A DNA stretch of 59,691 nt from Psammoneis japonica (lineage: Eukaryota). The notes beneath the pieces were generated by a model. It ran no database searches. It saw only the letters and a program-made list of their open reading frames with translations, and was not told where the DNA came from. The DNA lies in assembly GCA_008632985.1 (NCBI GenBank), contig QPGO01000154.1:124001-183691 (forward strand), in the 5' to 3' direction. Below, piece by piece: positions 1-12,842 of this stretch. The first letter of the stretch is position 1. Every line of letters starts with the position of its first letter. The position numbers were made by a program, and so were the translations under genes.

Positions 1-3000
1 TGACAATCGAGACGGTGAAATCCAAGGTTCAGTTTCACCGCGATTCCACTTGTGACCCCTCTCCGAATTGGATTGCGCTTGCCTGTGTGTGGCAAAAGTT
101 GAAGGGCAGACCTCATTTTTTTGCAGAGCTGATGGCTGTGAACACATTGTTGCAAAGGAACTTGGGCACAAGAGCTTGCTGCACTTTCTTTCCGCAAAAG
201 GATGGAGTCACTCCAGTCAAGGCGCCAAACATCCTCATGTGTTGGAGCATCACCGTGCTCCCAAAGCAGAGGACATGAAAGGCATCAGCGACAAGGCAAA
301 ATCAACAGACATTGCAACCAACATGATGGCAAAGATTTCCATGTTGCACAAGCTTCTCCATGATCCCGGATTGTGCAACCCAAAGGGAGAGCCACTTGTC
401 AAGCACATTGAGCTGAGAAGTTTTGAAGGGAAGGTTTTGCGTCACGCACAACACCTTCACATTGGTTTTTTGATTCTTCGTGACAAGATTCTGCCGTGCG
501 CACCTGAAAGGAATGGCGACTGCGATCATTGGCTGCACTCCCTGTTCGGCAAATGTGACGAGACATCGACTTGCATCAACTTTTTGGAGAATTTCCTGGC
601 TCTTGGTCACTGTGAGACAACCAAAGACGAATGACCCATGTCCTTCCCTGAATTCGTAAAGTCGTTGTTCCGCCAACACAAAAATTCTTGGGAAAAGCCT
701 GTGCGACTGGCGATGCTCGATGTCGAGCGAGAACAAATGCGCGCAACACATGTCGATGAGACTCTTTTAAGATGTGTGAAAATTGATCGTGTGGTTTCTG
801 CCACTGACGATTCAGGCAAAAGCAAGGCTGCAAGGGATCGTTTTGAGGCCATGTGGAAAGCCAGGCTTTGTGACTTTGCCACTCAGCACAAGAAGAAAGA
901 AATCGGCAATGCAATTCCATCCGTTGCGAAAAATGCTCGGAAACAAAAAAATCCAAATGGCGTGAATCCATCACATTGTTTGATTGATTGTTTGTGCTCC
1001 TCTTCTTGTCTCTAATTCTTCTGTTCTTCTTGCCACCTCTTTAGCCGCCTCCCTTTGCTCCTCAAGCCCCAGTCTCAAAAACCCCAAAGATGGCGAACCT
1101 TCTGATGTTTCTCAGAACAAATTGCTGATTCTCCAAGATGTGCCGACTCTCGAGGAACAATTTGAATGTTCCCGAACAAAGTGGCCGACCCTCGGCACAA
1201 CTCATCAGTCACCTCCTCCTCCTCCAGACAATTTCACAAAAGAAGAGCTTGTGAAAGTGTTTCCTGAACCATCTCCATTTGCGATTCTGGGTGAGGTGAA
1301 GTCACAACATTCTCACCTTGTTGTCTTTGAGGAAACCCCCATTTCCGCTTCCTTCAAGGGGAGCTGTGTCAAGCACCAGTTGTCCCACAGCATCTCCAAT
1401 TTCCACTTGGTGAATCACCTCCACAAGTTCATGCATGGATTTGAAAACGGCATGGCTCCCAATGATCCGATGCAAGAATCGATGGTTGCGGTTGCTTGCC
1501 CGACCCAGTCAACCTCTCATTTTTCCGACGTGGTCACTCATTTGTGACACACGGACAAGATGCATCAGAAGTGCTTTTTTGGATTGTGATTCAGTGTGTC
1601 ATCAATGCTCCGTGCAGTGTTGGAACATGGCAAGCCGAATGAAAAAAGGGATGGACCAGAATGCAAGTTGTGCTGTCAGATCTGTTTTGGTTGTTGTGGC
1701 CAGAATTGCGAAGTTGCAGACGGTGAGTTAGCTGAAGTGGGACCTGCTCACAAGCCTGGTGCTGTCTTTGGCAGGGACAAGTGGGAGAAGCTTCCAAAGG
1801 ATGTGCAGATGATGATGGCCTCAATCTTGGACGCCGCGCAACTCTGCGAGGACGAAATTGATCTTGTTGCTTTGAAAGAAATGCGCTCCTTCCATGACCC
1901 ACACTGCGACAGTCTTTTCGCGGCTGAGCTCCACAAGATGGTTGGAGCCAAGCACACTAGAAGGGAAGGCGAGGAAATTCAAGTGAAGTGTTGTTGCACC
2001 AAGACTGGTGCTCTTTGCTCTCACCGCGAGACGCTGTTGGTCGCTCTTGGTTGTTGAAGGTTGTCACTGCATCCAAAGGCAATGCTGGAAACTGTGTCAG
2101 TTCGGTGCATGGGCATGCCGAGTTCCGATCGCGTGTGCATGGTCATTTCACAAAACTTGATCTGTCACATGCTGCAGAAATGATGAGATGCCGTGGCCCT
2201 TGTTGTCCTCCTTTGGGCAAGCCAACCCACAGAAACATCAAAGATTTTTTCCTTGACCCTCACTCTGTGTGGGTGGAAGAGGAAATTGGCAAGCCAAATC
2301 TTCCGTCCGACACAGCTGAGCATCCCGTTGTTGTCGCGCCGAGGAAACGTCTTCCGTTTGCCATCGTGAAGGACTTTAATTTCTCGCGCGGCTGTTTGGC
2401 AATCATCGACAACCTCGATGAGGTTGGTGCACATGATTGCTTTCGTTGCGCCGTTGTGGCTGGGTGTCAAACTGGATTCTCCCGTTTTTGCTGCTTGTTG
2501 TGCAACACAGATGCTGTGAAGCATCCTTTCGTGGCTGGCGATTGTGTCCTTCATTGCTTCAGAGAAGCTGCAAGGCTGTTTGGCAGCATTGCAGGGGGAT
2601 CGCAATGACCAGCGCATGCAGAGCCCGGGACTCGATTTTGAGGAGGTTCATGTGGCAGAGTGTGGGACGAAACTTGACGGTTTGATGGACTTGCTTGTTG
2701 GCGGACTGGTTGTTGTCATCGACTGGATCAATGACAATGTTGGCAAGCCAACGTTCAACCACAAGGCAATCGAGGATGTGTTTGAAGCCGTGGTCCAAAC
2801 ATGGGATCATGCAGGTGCTGATTGTGGAGAGTTCAGATGCATGAACTCTGTGCAGACATTGATGCTGTGTGGCATGGGGATCCATCCTCACCCTGACCTT
2901 CGTAATCTTGTCTGTCCGGTGGCCAAGTTGGGAGCGGCAAGGCAAATGGAGGAAATGAAGGTCCCGGTGGAGGAGCACGATTTACTCTTGGAACGGACAG

Positions 3001-6000
3001 AGGGTGATTTTGATTTGGAAGACTGTGGAAAGAATGGCCCAGAGTCTTTGCCATGTGACCTGAGTGCAGCTCGTGAAAAGATGGGAATCTGCAATGTCTT
3101 TTGTTGTGGACAGCATCTGTTGCTCTTGTTCTCTGACAAGCAATCAATGATCAAGCGGTTTGGAAGGCACGAATGGGAGCCAGTCCCATTCGTGTTGATT
3201 GATGAAGTTCGAGCCGAACTGGAACGGCAAAGAGAGGTTGCTTTTTCATGGCAATCACATTTGTTTTTTTGTCTGATCATGCTGACATCATCACATTGAA
3301 TTCTTGTTCTAACAGGAAGAAGGCCGCCGGCGATTTGTTGTCACTCGCAATGAACAAAAGCGACAATTGCGAGGAGGAGTCAATTGACGAGAAAACAAGC
3401 AAACTTCCAACTGCTTGCATGGGTGAAGAGGACAAAAGCAAAGAGCCTGTTGACGATGAGCACAGCCAAGTTGCACATTGCTCCGAGGGTGAAGAGGACC
3501 ACAGCGACTCAGGAGATTGTTTTGCAAGTGACGAAACCAACGGGGAAACACACAATGTGCTGTGGTTGGGGATGACCCGTCCGCTCAATGCAAGGCATCT
3601 ATCTTCTCAAGAATTGTGCTCTGAGAAGGGGGCAGCCTCAGTGTCGTCCGACCAACACAGGCAAGACGAGGCCTGCGCAATGGCATTTGAGGAAACCAAC
3701 AAAACAGCCACAAACGTCGTTCCAACAGTTTCTCTCCAAGACGGCCATCCTGATCTGCACTTAAATTGCAATGTGAAAGCAAGAGATTTCGTCAAGAGAG
3801 TCAAGCAGCAGTTTGAGAAACTTGTTGATTTCGAAAATCATGGGTTCGACCAAATCATGTTGGACCACTGCTGGATGCCAGATGGAGAGTGGTGCGATGG
3901 TCGTTTTGGGATGACTCAATTTTTCCAGAGCCCAATTGATCTTTGGGCCTTGCTCTCCAAAAACGAAGAAGGGGGGGACATGGTGATTCCCTTTGCTCTT
4001 GCAACCTTCTTCCAGGTTGTCAAACAATGGAAGAAATCATCGGCTGTGTTCGACATGTGCACAATGGACAATGATGCTGCAAAGAGCCGTGCGAGCACAT
4101 TCTTTGCAAGCAACCTTGTGACCCAAGAACAATGAGAATGGTGGTTGGGAAAGCCCTCCGATCAAGAAGAAGCTTGTCTTGGAGTTTCCGAAGAAGACAT
4201 CAGAACAAAAGCAATGGAAGGTGCTTGCACTGCACTGCTTCACATGCACCACAATGACTTTGCTGATTCTGAAAGGATCAAATTCATCATGTTTGCAAGA
4301 AAGAGTCAGGAAATCACTGTGAGTGAATGACAGATTGACGTGCGCATCCTGTTTTAGAAACAAATCTGACCAACACTTCCTTCTGTCCTCTGTGGCCCAA
4401 ACAAATGGGGCCTTTTCTTGAGCTTCTGCTGCTCCTGGACATTCTTCACAAACCAAAACATTGCCCCCAATTGCTTCGACAGGGACAACCCGCAACTTGG
4501 GTGAGCACTGAGTCTTCTCAGGCGTTGAAAGCCAGCTGTTTTGTTTGTGATCAAGCTGCCAGCGACTGACCAAGTCTGTGTGCTGATGCCGTTGCCTCAC
4601 AGTTCTCTGGCCAACATTGACAGGGCCTTCATCAAGACTCACACTCGTTGTCCTTGTCTTGTGGATGAGAAGGGAAAAGAAGAACAACACGCAAAAAGTG
4701 GCGGGAAAATGGCAAACACTACATTGTCTTTCAGATTTGGGTGATTCTTGTGGGTGTGACGTGTCTGCATTTTGATTTTTTGTCTGGCTTTTACAGCGAA
4801 TGTTGTTCTTTTTTATTTGCTGTCAAAATGCAGGATGTTGTCTCCATTGAAACGCAATGACAGCCACATCAAAAAGCAAGTTGGACCATTCATTGTCATG
4901 CACAAACATGTTTTCAAATTTCAGTGTTGCTGACAACAATTCGTGCAATGTCGCAGAGAAAAACAGAGTGGCTGGCTGTCTCAACATGACCCAGACAACG
5001 GCTGCACTGTCGAACAGCAACACTCCTCTCATTGTTGCCGTGCAAAGATCAAGATGTCGTCTGCAGCACCATCGGCAAAGAAGAGAAAGAAAAATGACAC
5101 CATTGAGCCAATGAGCCCAAGACTTCAGGCAGTGTTGAAGAGAACAGGTGCGCAGGCAGTGCATGGTGCATTGAAATCAGAAGTGGAGAAGGTGGCTGGA
5201 AATGATCTCTTTCCACAGGTGAAGTTTCTCAGTCTGTCAGAATTGGCAAGCAATGGGAGCGTCTCAATGTTTGTGAAGAAACAGATTGCTGGTGGCAACA
5301 TGGACACTTCAAATTGGTCAGGAACTTGGGAGGAATGGGCAAAAAAGGCAGCAAAAAGGCAAATTGACAATCGCAGAAACACGGTGTGTTTGGCTGTTGG
5401 GGCGGAGGCAATGCCCCGTAAGTTGAGTGACCAATGTGTGTGATTCGAGAGTTGCGTGTGTCTCACAAGAAGATGACGGTGATGCTTTGTCTGTGTGGGC
5501 GTTGTCACTGAGGAAGAGGGAAAGGAAAAAGAAAAGAAGCTCAAGGCGGCAGTGTCAGGAGGAAAAAGCAAAGCAGGAAAAAGTCAAGCCGTGACAAGAA
5601 TGAAGAGAATGATGTCCTGTTTGTGCCGACATGGGATCCGTTTGGCCCAGACACTGTCACCGGCGGCAAATGAAGGAACAAGCAGGCACACAAGTGGTTC
5701 TGTGATCACATCCTGCCTCAAACCAAGCAAAAGCAGGCATGGAGCAGTGCCATCAAAACTGGGAATGCACAGGTCTCACAGTTGTTTGTGGCAGGTGACG
5801 AAGCTTTGGCACCATCAGCTGTGGAGAATTGTTGGCAGGTGTGGGCATGCAGGAACAAGGAGGAGGCGGTGGAAGAATTGGGCGAGGAAATGGAGCCCGA
5901 AGAAACAAGGCCTGCCCCTTGGCACATGAAGCCAAAGAAACAATGAGTGTCTTGGGGAGATGACGGAATCATTCGGTTCAACGACCCATGCAAAGAGGTG

Positions 6001-8490
6001 ACAAAAGACAGAGACTCCAAGGAGGGCAAGGAGTTTGAAAAGTGGTGTGCGGAGATCAAGAAAAGCAAGCACGAGAAGTCTGGAGAAGCAAAAAAGAAGA
6101 AGAAGACAGCGCCGGCCGGCGACACGGAGAAGGTGAAGGCAATGAACAGCCCAATGGTGGAGAGCAGCAGGGATGATGACAGTGACGATGATGAGCAGGA
6201 GGTGGGCGCAAAAGGCAAAATGAACAATGGAGGAGACGAGTCCGATGGAGACGAGTCCGATGGAGACAAGTCCGATGATGATTGTCAGCTCAGTTCAAGA
6301 GAGTTGCCACAAGAAAATGTGCACACAGTTGACATGGCACTCGGTCATTGCACTGCAGACGCAACAAGGGATTGACTTGGCCGATGAAGCGCTTTTCTTG
6401 TTTAAAATGATGTTTGTGAAAATTGACAAACCAAGGTTTGTGTGGCAATGCAATCATGCATTGGCATGTGGCAACAAGGTGGAGGCAGAAATGGCGATGT
6501 GGACACAGTGAAAACAGCACACACAATTCTTGACAAGTTGTTGCAATGTTGGCACACCAAACTTGCAACCAGAGGTTGGCCTGTCACCACATGACAATGA
6601 TGTTTTGCAACATTTTGACAAATTGTCATCATGTGAATCTGCGCGATTTTAACATTTCGTGCACTCTGATGTGCCAGCACAAAGGGGCAGTCTCCAGTGC
6701 CGAGGCCTGTGCCACACTGGTTGACGAGACTGCAGCTTTCCTCTCTTCTCATGAGAGCAGGCTGCAGTTCATTGCCTGTCCTCACAACTCGCCACCACCG
6801 GTTGGGAAGGCTCTTAAAGCGATTGAAGGCAGCATTTCCTTTGGCATTTTTGATGAAGCACACGACATGGAAGGAGCAGGAAGACTGTTTGGATGCAGTC
6901 TCTGCAGTGTGTGTTTCGTTTCTTCCAGCTGACCGCCAACTTTCCTGCCAGAAACTCCTCCTCGGTGCAAGCAGAAGTCTCCACAACAAATCACCGTTTT
7001 GAGGTTCCAAGCTTGACAAGCACTGCGTGCAAAACACTCTTGTCAAAGAGGGAAGAGACCACTCATTGCCTCTCGGGCATTGGGAGCCTCGTCGCTGAAG
7101 TGCTCTTTGGGCCGTGCATCAAACCACGGAAGCTGGGAGGAAGCACAGAGCTGAACATTGCAGCCCCCATTTCACAATGTGTTTTGGAGCAGAGGAGGTC
7201 AGTGAGCACCCACGTGTCGATGCCAGCCAACTCTCCAAAGATGCCTTTGTGCCTTTTGCATTCCAAGTGGCTTTCCATGCATCAAATGCAAGCCATGCTG
7301 TGCCGCTCCACTCTGCCAATGCACGAGCATGGTCTTTTGTGGACTCAACTAGAACGGTGTTGATGGAGGACATTTCTGCATTTGTTGAACGCAACAACAA
7401 GCTGCAAAGAACAGGAAAATGAAAAGCAAGTCGCAGGAAGAGGCTGGAGGAGATTGGAGCACACGCGGCAAGAAAAAGAGACGCACTTTGTTGCCAAAAT
7501 GCCAACGCGTGGGTGCGGCCGAATGGCTTTTGACTGTGCGGTGCTCCAAGATGAACTGGCCACGTGTGCTCCATGACAGTGGCTGCCGACAGCCAGATCC
7601 TGCCATCCAATGCAATCACACTGACACTCCAGACAAAAACTGCACGACAGCTTCAAGCCAGCCCTGCACTGCAAGACATCACCCCTTCCTTGTCACACAC
7701 GTTTGACGCCTGACCCAATTCACTGCATCGCTCAGATTGGGGCACAAGGAGCGTGGCGGAGTGGTGCAAGCAAAGATTGTCAAATGACGTGTGATGTGCG
7801 GATGTTGTTGGGACATGCTCGAACAATCACAGCCGAGCACATCAAATGCTTCTGTGCCACTGATGGCAGGTGATGTGATGCGGGCAGTGCTGCAATGCCT
7901 GCAGCGGGTGATGATGATTGATTCCAGGCAGATTTCTCCATCAAATGTGTCCACCTGATCATCTTCTGACGTCAAACGCGTGCTTTTCGCAACTTTCTGC
8001 GCAGAGCGCAAGGTGCCCCATGTGTCCCGAAGAAGTGTCAGCTGAGCTGCTTTGTCAGTGTCGTGTTGCTCAAAGGCAGCAGTCAAGCGGCAGCATCAAT
8101 GCGGTTGTTTTGACCCGCAGCTTCTCTTTCATCATGGATCTTGTGCTTGGTGCTTTTTTGTTGAAGGCAGACCTCGGTCTGCCGATCGTGCTGTGCTCCG
8201 AGTCTGGCAACAGCGGAGCACACACAGAGCAAACAGACAATGGGACACTCAGTGGCGCACTTGCATTTGGCTGAAACCAAGCAGAAGCAGCAGAAACTGG
8301 GGCCATCATGGTGTGTTCGATCGTTTCGCGTTTGGCGTTGAAAATGAGAAATGAGCGCGTTCGATCATCGAGACACGACACTGCAACTTGAGGTTAGCCG
8401 GCGGCGCGGCTGACGCGGAAGTTTGGCGCCAAATTTCCCGGAAATTTCGCGCATGCGCCAAATTCACAATCTCCTGCCCTCTTCGCTTCA
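1..8490. other. TpA-depleted degraded repeat/TE-like block with broken ORFs (family not identified)
   Basis: TA is almost absent over 8.5 kb. Overlapping Tyr-free, Cys/His-rich ORFs occur in all frames. Several + strand ORF fragments look protein-like (3248-4135, 4943-6375), but I see no recognisable transposase motif. Confidence 0.6.
6546..7140 (+). pseudogene. Possible superfamily-2 helicase fragment (DEAH motif II)
   Basis: SFGIFDEAHDMEG in ORF 6546-6932, followed in another frame by FRFFQLTAN (motif III TAT-like) and EVLFGPCI. No Walker A motif is recognisable. Confidence 0.35.
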
Positions 8491-8787
8491 TTCAGATGAT
8501 AACCAGAGCACAGAAGCACAGAGCATGCTAGCTAGACCCCTGCCGTAGGTTGAGCACCCCCCCCCCCCAAAAAAAGGTTCTCGTTGTGCATGGGAAGAAT
8601 AGTTCGTTCGATATCCGGAAAGAGAGTTTATTAGTGTACGCGCAAGCAACATAGCACGACTCACGAGATCGAGATCCTTCAGCGTAGGGTTAGAGGGCAA
8701 AAACCTTGGTGTTTGCTTCTGCGCTGGAACCGCACAGTGTACATCTCACTCGGAACGGCGACCCAACATTACGATTTCGAATAAAAG

Positions 8788-9804
8788 ATGGAAAGGTTGA
8801 GCCACTCAAGTCCAAGTGTTTACGAGGGTGACGCCAATTTTGTTCCCTCGGAAAGAACGCCTCTCTGGAATCGACACACGACGGCATGTTCGAATAGTGT
8901 TTCGTCGTCACTTTTATTGAGACTTCGGCTTATGACAGCCTTGATATGCTTGCTAATGATGGGCTGGATGTTATGGTATTTCGATCCCAAGCGACCGTGG
9001 CACCCGCCGATAATGGCGTTTTCAAATAATAACGAGCCAGTATTTTCGTCAAGATTATGCGCTCATGCGGACGACTCGGCAGAGATCTGGTTGATTCGTC
9101 ATGGCGAAAAAGCACACAACATTAACGACATTAACTCCATGTACGATTTATCCAAGCTGGGGTGGAAACGTGCGAATTATCTATCAGAATTAGTCAGAAC
9201 TGGTCGCTGGCCAAAATTTGGTGCTCTTTTTGCAACAAGGTATGCGAGCAATAAAGAGATGCAACAAGCATGGCCTGAAGTCGCTACCCGCAATGGATTT
9301 TCCATGGTGAAACGAGAATATCAAACGCTAGTTCCAATGGCCAAGGTTCTGAATATGACAGTCAATGTTGACTTTGCCAAGGACAATGTCGAAGGAGTGG
9401 CCGTGGCTGCAACATTGGCGTCTCGAGAAAATTGTGGCACGCCGGTTTTAATCTCGTGGGATCATTGCAGCTTGCCGACATTGACTACACGTGGTTTTGG
9501 TTGCAATTATTCAACCTGCCAAAGATGCTGGGCTGACGATAGATTCGATGACGTCCTGATCCTTAGAGTGGGCATGAGGAAAGAATCCTCGGTCGTTGCA
9601 TCGGCGCTAATAAAAATGACTCGGGAGTATTTTGACAATGGGAACTCCACCATACCTTCATTGGAACTATTGAACCGAGCAGTGGAGAGCGAAAGTACGA
9701 CACCTTGTGCTCCTTCTTACTGCACAGACCGACCTGAAGCAAAAGAACTACTCAAGTGCGCGTGCTTCGATGGGAAAAGGTGGAGACCACTGCAGTCGGA
9801 TTGA
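8788..9804 (+). CDS. Membrane-anchored histidine phosphatase / phosphoglycerate-mutase-like protein
   Basis: 338-aa ORF with normal Tyr and TA content. It has an N-terminal hydrophobic segment, IWLIRHGEK (RHG motif), LSKLGWKRA and VLISWDH. Confidence 0.75.
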   Translation: MERLSHSSPSVYEGDANFVPSERTPLWNRHTTACSNSVSSSLLLRLRLMTALICLLMMGWMLWYFDPKRPWHPPIMAFSNNNEPVFSSRLCAHADDSAEIWLIRHGEKAHNINDINSMYDLSKLGWKRANYLSELVRTGRWPKFGALFATRYASNKEMQQAWPEVATRNGFSMVKREYQTLVPMAKVLNMTVNVDFAKDNVEGVAVAATLASRENCGTPVLISWDHCSLPTLTTRGFGCNYSTCQRCWADDRFDDVLILRVGMRKESSVVASALIKMTREYFDNGNSTIPSLELLNRAVESESTTPCAPSYCTDRPEAKELLKCACFDGKRWRPLQSD

Positions 9805-10469
9805 ACTTTCAATCGCATGCGAAACGAGTCCTCGAATTTTTACCCTTTATTGTTAGGCAGGATTGCGGATTATTTGCTGATCAAGCATCTGAAGCATCTT
9901 TGTTTCCTTCTGCAGTTTAGACAATGAACATCATTGATTTTGGCAGTTGTAGTGGTGGTGCTGCTGACATCGGAAGATATAGCTCTGGATGTAAATATTC
10001 TCCCTTGTCGCAGCAGTAGGAGAGTTCCGAGCTCAAAGAAGAACAGCCTTTTTTCGAATCGAAGATTGCTTCTCTTTGACTTTGGAAGAGATACGGCGTC
10101 TGAGGAAGAAGGATCGCAAGAGGAGCAAGTAAGGTGTCGATTGAGGACAACACAGCAGATTTTGATTGTTCCCTCGCATACCTCAGGAACCTTGTGAGAA
10201 CGGAGCGGAAAGTCGTAATGAGATGCAAGAGTAGACGACTCCGAGGGCTAAACTTAGAATTAGCAGGATTTTCTACGTTTCTGACATTAGTATTCAACGA
10301 ATTACTTAAGTTCAGGCATTCATGCGAGAAGAGATCCTTACCGCTATTCGACCTGTCGCCGGACCAATTCTGCCACCATTTTGGCCACAGAGCCTGTGGC
10401 TCCTGTCTTGTCATCCCAAACCTGAAAATCTTTTCAATGAGAAAGATAAGAAAGCATTAGGTACGCCAG

Positions 10470-12500
10470 TGAATGTCGAAAAGACATTTTGACTCACGGG
10501 GCCGGCAATGTCAATGTGGGCAAGGGCTTCTTCTTCTTGCTCACAAAGTTCTGCAAAAAGAGTGCGGCCGTAATGGCCCTGCCATGGTGAGTGCTGCAAT
10601 TCTTCAAATCTGCAAATCTTGCTTTCCAGCTGGTCATTGCACTCCTTGGCCATTTGGCACTCTTCATGCCTTGTCTCCAGTGGCTTTGGATGTGCTGTCA
10701 AGATCTTTGGCCAAGAAGTCATTGTCAGTCCAAACACCACAAATCTGTTTCCCATGGTGATCCACACAATTGTGGTGAGAGTGGTCAGTTCAATGATGGA
10801 CTTGCACTCCATCTCCTTGTCAGCAAAGACCAAGGCATCCACTGCAGTGAGTCCTCCTTTGGCATCAGCATTGACAACTTCAGCAGTCTTGCCATTTGAA
10901 GCCATCAAGACATCACCAGGACCGTGGCATGACCATCAATCATGTGCTGAAAAGATGGAGAGCAACACAGAAAGGTTGAACAATGGTGTGGCGTGAGGGA
11001 TTGAAGTGGGTCATTGCACAGCATTTCACTCACCTTGCACATGCTGCCATGATGAAATGCACCTTGACACCTGCCAGGGGCTCCATTGCAGCCATGGTCC
11101 CCCCAGCTGCTCCAAGAACAGCAGCCACACCAGCCACTGCAATCAATTTTCATTTGCTCCATCATGGATGATGTCTTGACATTGCACTCACCTGAAAGAC
11201 CAAGCATTGTGGTGAAAAGAGTTGGCGCAAAAGCCATTCCTGGCAAAATGGCAGGTGCAAAAAAGTGCTGCAAATCTCTTGTTTTAACACACCTGCAACA
11301 AAAAGCAGATGCCTTCTCCAATGATTCCTGCTTTTGTCTTTGTTTCTCCACACTGCTGGGTGGTGGAGCACACATCAAATGAATGAATTCCAAGTCCATT
11401 TCACCACACAGCACCACACTGAGCCTCACGCCTCACAATTTGTGTTCTGTTTTGCTGAGAGTGTTGCACTTGTTGACATGGTCCGCTGGATTCTGAAGAA
11501 CAATGTGCTTGGCCACATCAGCCAGACTCTCTGAAATTGGCACATTGTGTTGTGCGTTGACAATGTCTTTTTTCAATGTGAGCTTGTGGCATTTTACACT
11601 GCAAAGACTCGACATGGCAGAGCATGCAATCAAGCAGCAATTGGATTTGCAAATTTCTGAATTGTGAGAACAAAAGCTGGGCTGCTCAGAGGCCAACAAC
11701 CAAAGAAAGAAAACAAAAAGTGGCTTGTCTTTGCGCCGCCACAAGCCAGAAAACAGACGAACAAAACACGCCAAAGACTTGCCAGGAAAGAGAAGCTCTT
11801 GGTTGCACAAAACAAGAAGAGGTCGGGATCCACCCTTGTTTTGAGCCTTGGACCTCAAGAGGTGTTGGTTGTTTGATCTTTGGTTGGTTGAGAGGTTGAC
11901 GGCGGTCTTTGTGGCGGTCTTTGTGGCGCTCACAGCTCTTGAGGCATGTTGGCGTGTGGGGCGCCACAACTCCGCAACAAGTTGTTTTGCAGACTCTGCA
12001 ACAGAACACAATGTTTGAGAAACCTTGTCCTTCAAGGAAGGTTTTCACAATGTCCGTGATGTTGTGGACATCTGCATCATTGTGGAGCCCACAGCCTCGC
12101 TGCGGACTCTCCAAAACGACTGTTGTGTGCAAGCCTGCCCAGACAGCAAAACAAACCATCACACAGTGCTTGGCAAAACCTCATCCTCAAAGGAAGGTTT
12201 CCACAATGTCCACAACATTGCAGACATCTGCAATGTCATGTCCTGGAATCCACGACATTGTTGCGGGGATTTTGCAACAAATGCAAGCAACACGCTCACT
12301 TCCCCCTGGAGCACTCATTCCAAATTTGACGCTGCTTCTCAGATGGGGCAGGCTGCCAACCAATAAGATGGGCTGGGAACCACTCATGTTTGTCTTGAGA
12401 GCCTCACGTGTGCCATTTATTCAATTAGATAAAGCCACAGAGTGGATGCTCCTGGCACTGCCTTTTGCATTTCAGTGGTCGTCGAGACCAAACGGAAGGG
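10470..12500. other. TpA-depleted and partly CpG-depleted degraded repeat block
   Basis: Near absence of TA. It contains an internal diverged duplicate (about 12025-12080 vs 12180-12235) that differs by TG/CA swaps. Confidence 0.6.
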
Positions 12501-12577
12501 AGAGTCACGAATGTGGACTGCCACACAGACACACAGACACACAGACAATGCGACAAGCGCAACAATCTGAAATCCCG

Positions 12578-12759
12578 CGAATGAATGCCGATGTGGCCGC
12601 GTGGGGCAATGACAGCACCTCAAGCCTGAGAGCAGCAGTGACAAACCAAAGAGAACCCTGTGTCGATTAGATCGCACAAGATTGTGGGAAAGAACAAACC
12701 ACCAGATCGTGCGCGTCAGCCCCGGACCAGGGACTGACCGCTCCACCCAGATTTGCTCG
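12578..12759 (-). repeat. 3' LTR of copia element 1 (mutated copy)
   Basis: Aligns without gaps to 19231-19412. It is preceded on the minus strand by GCGGGGAC (weak PPT-like tract). Confidence 0.93.
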
Positions 12760-12842
12760 GTCCCCGCGAAACGGCAGTGACAACGCCGATTCGTCTAAAC
12801 CTGGAACATCCTCTCATAGAGAGGCAAACACAAAACCCAAAT

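Noticed and set aside
9917..10460. Possible small gene downstream of the phosphatase
   Set aside because: Only short ORFs with no recognisable motif, which is not enough support.
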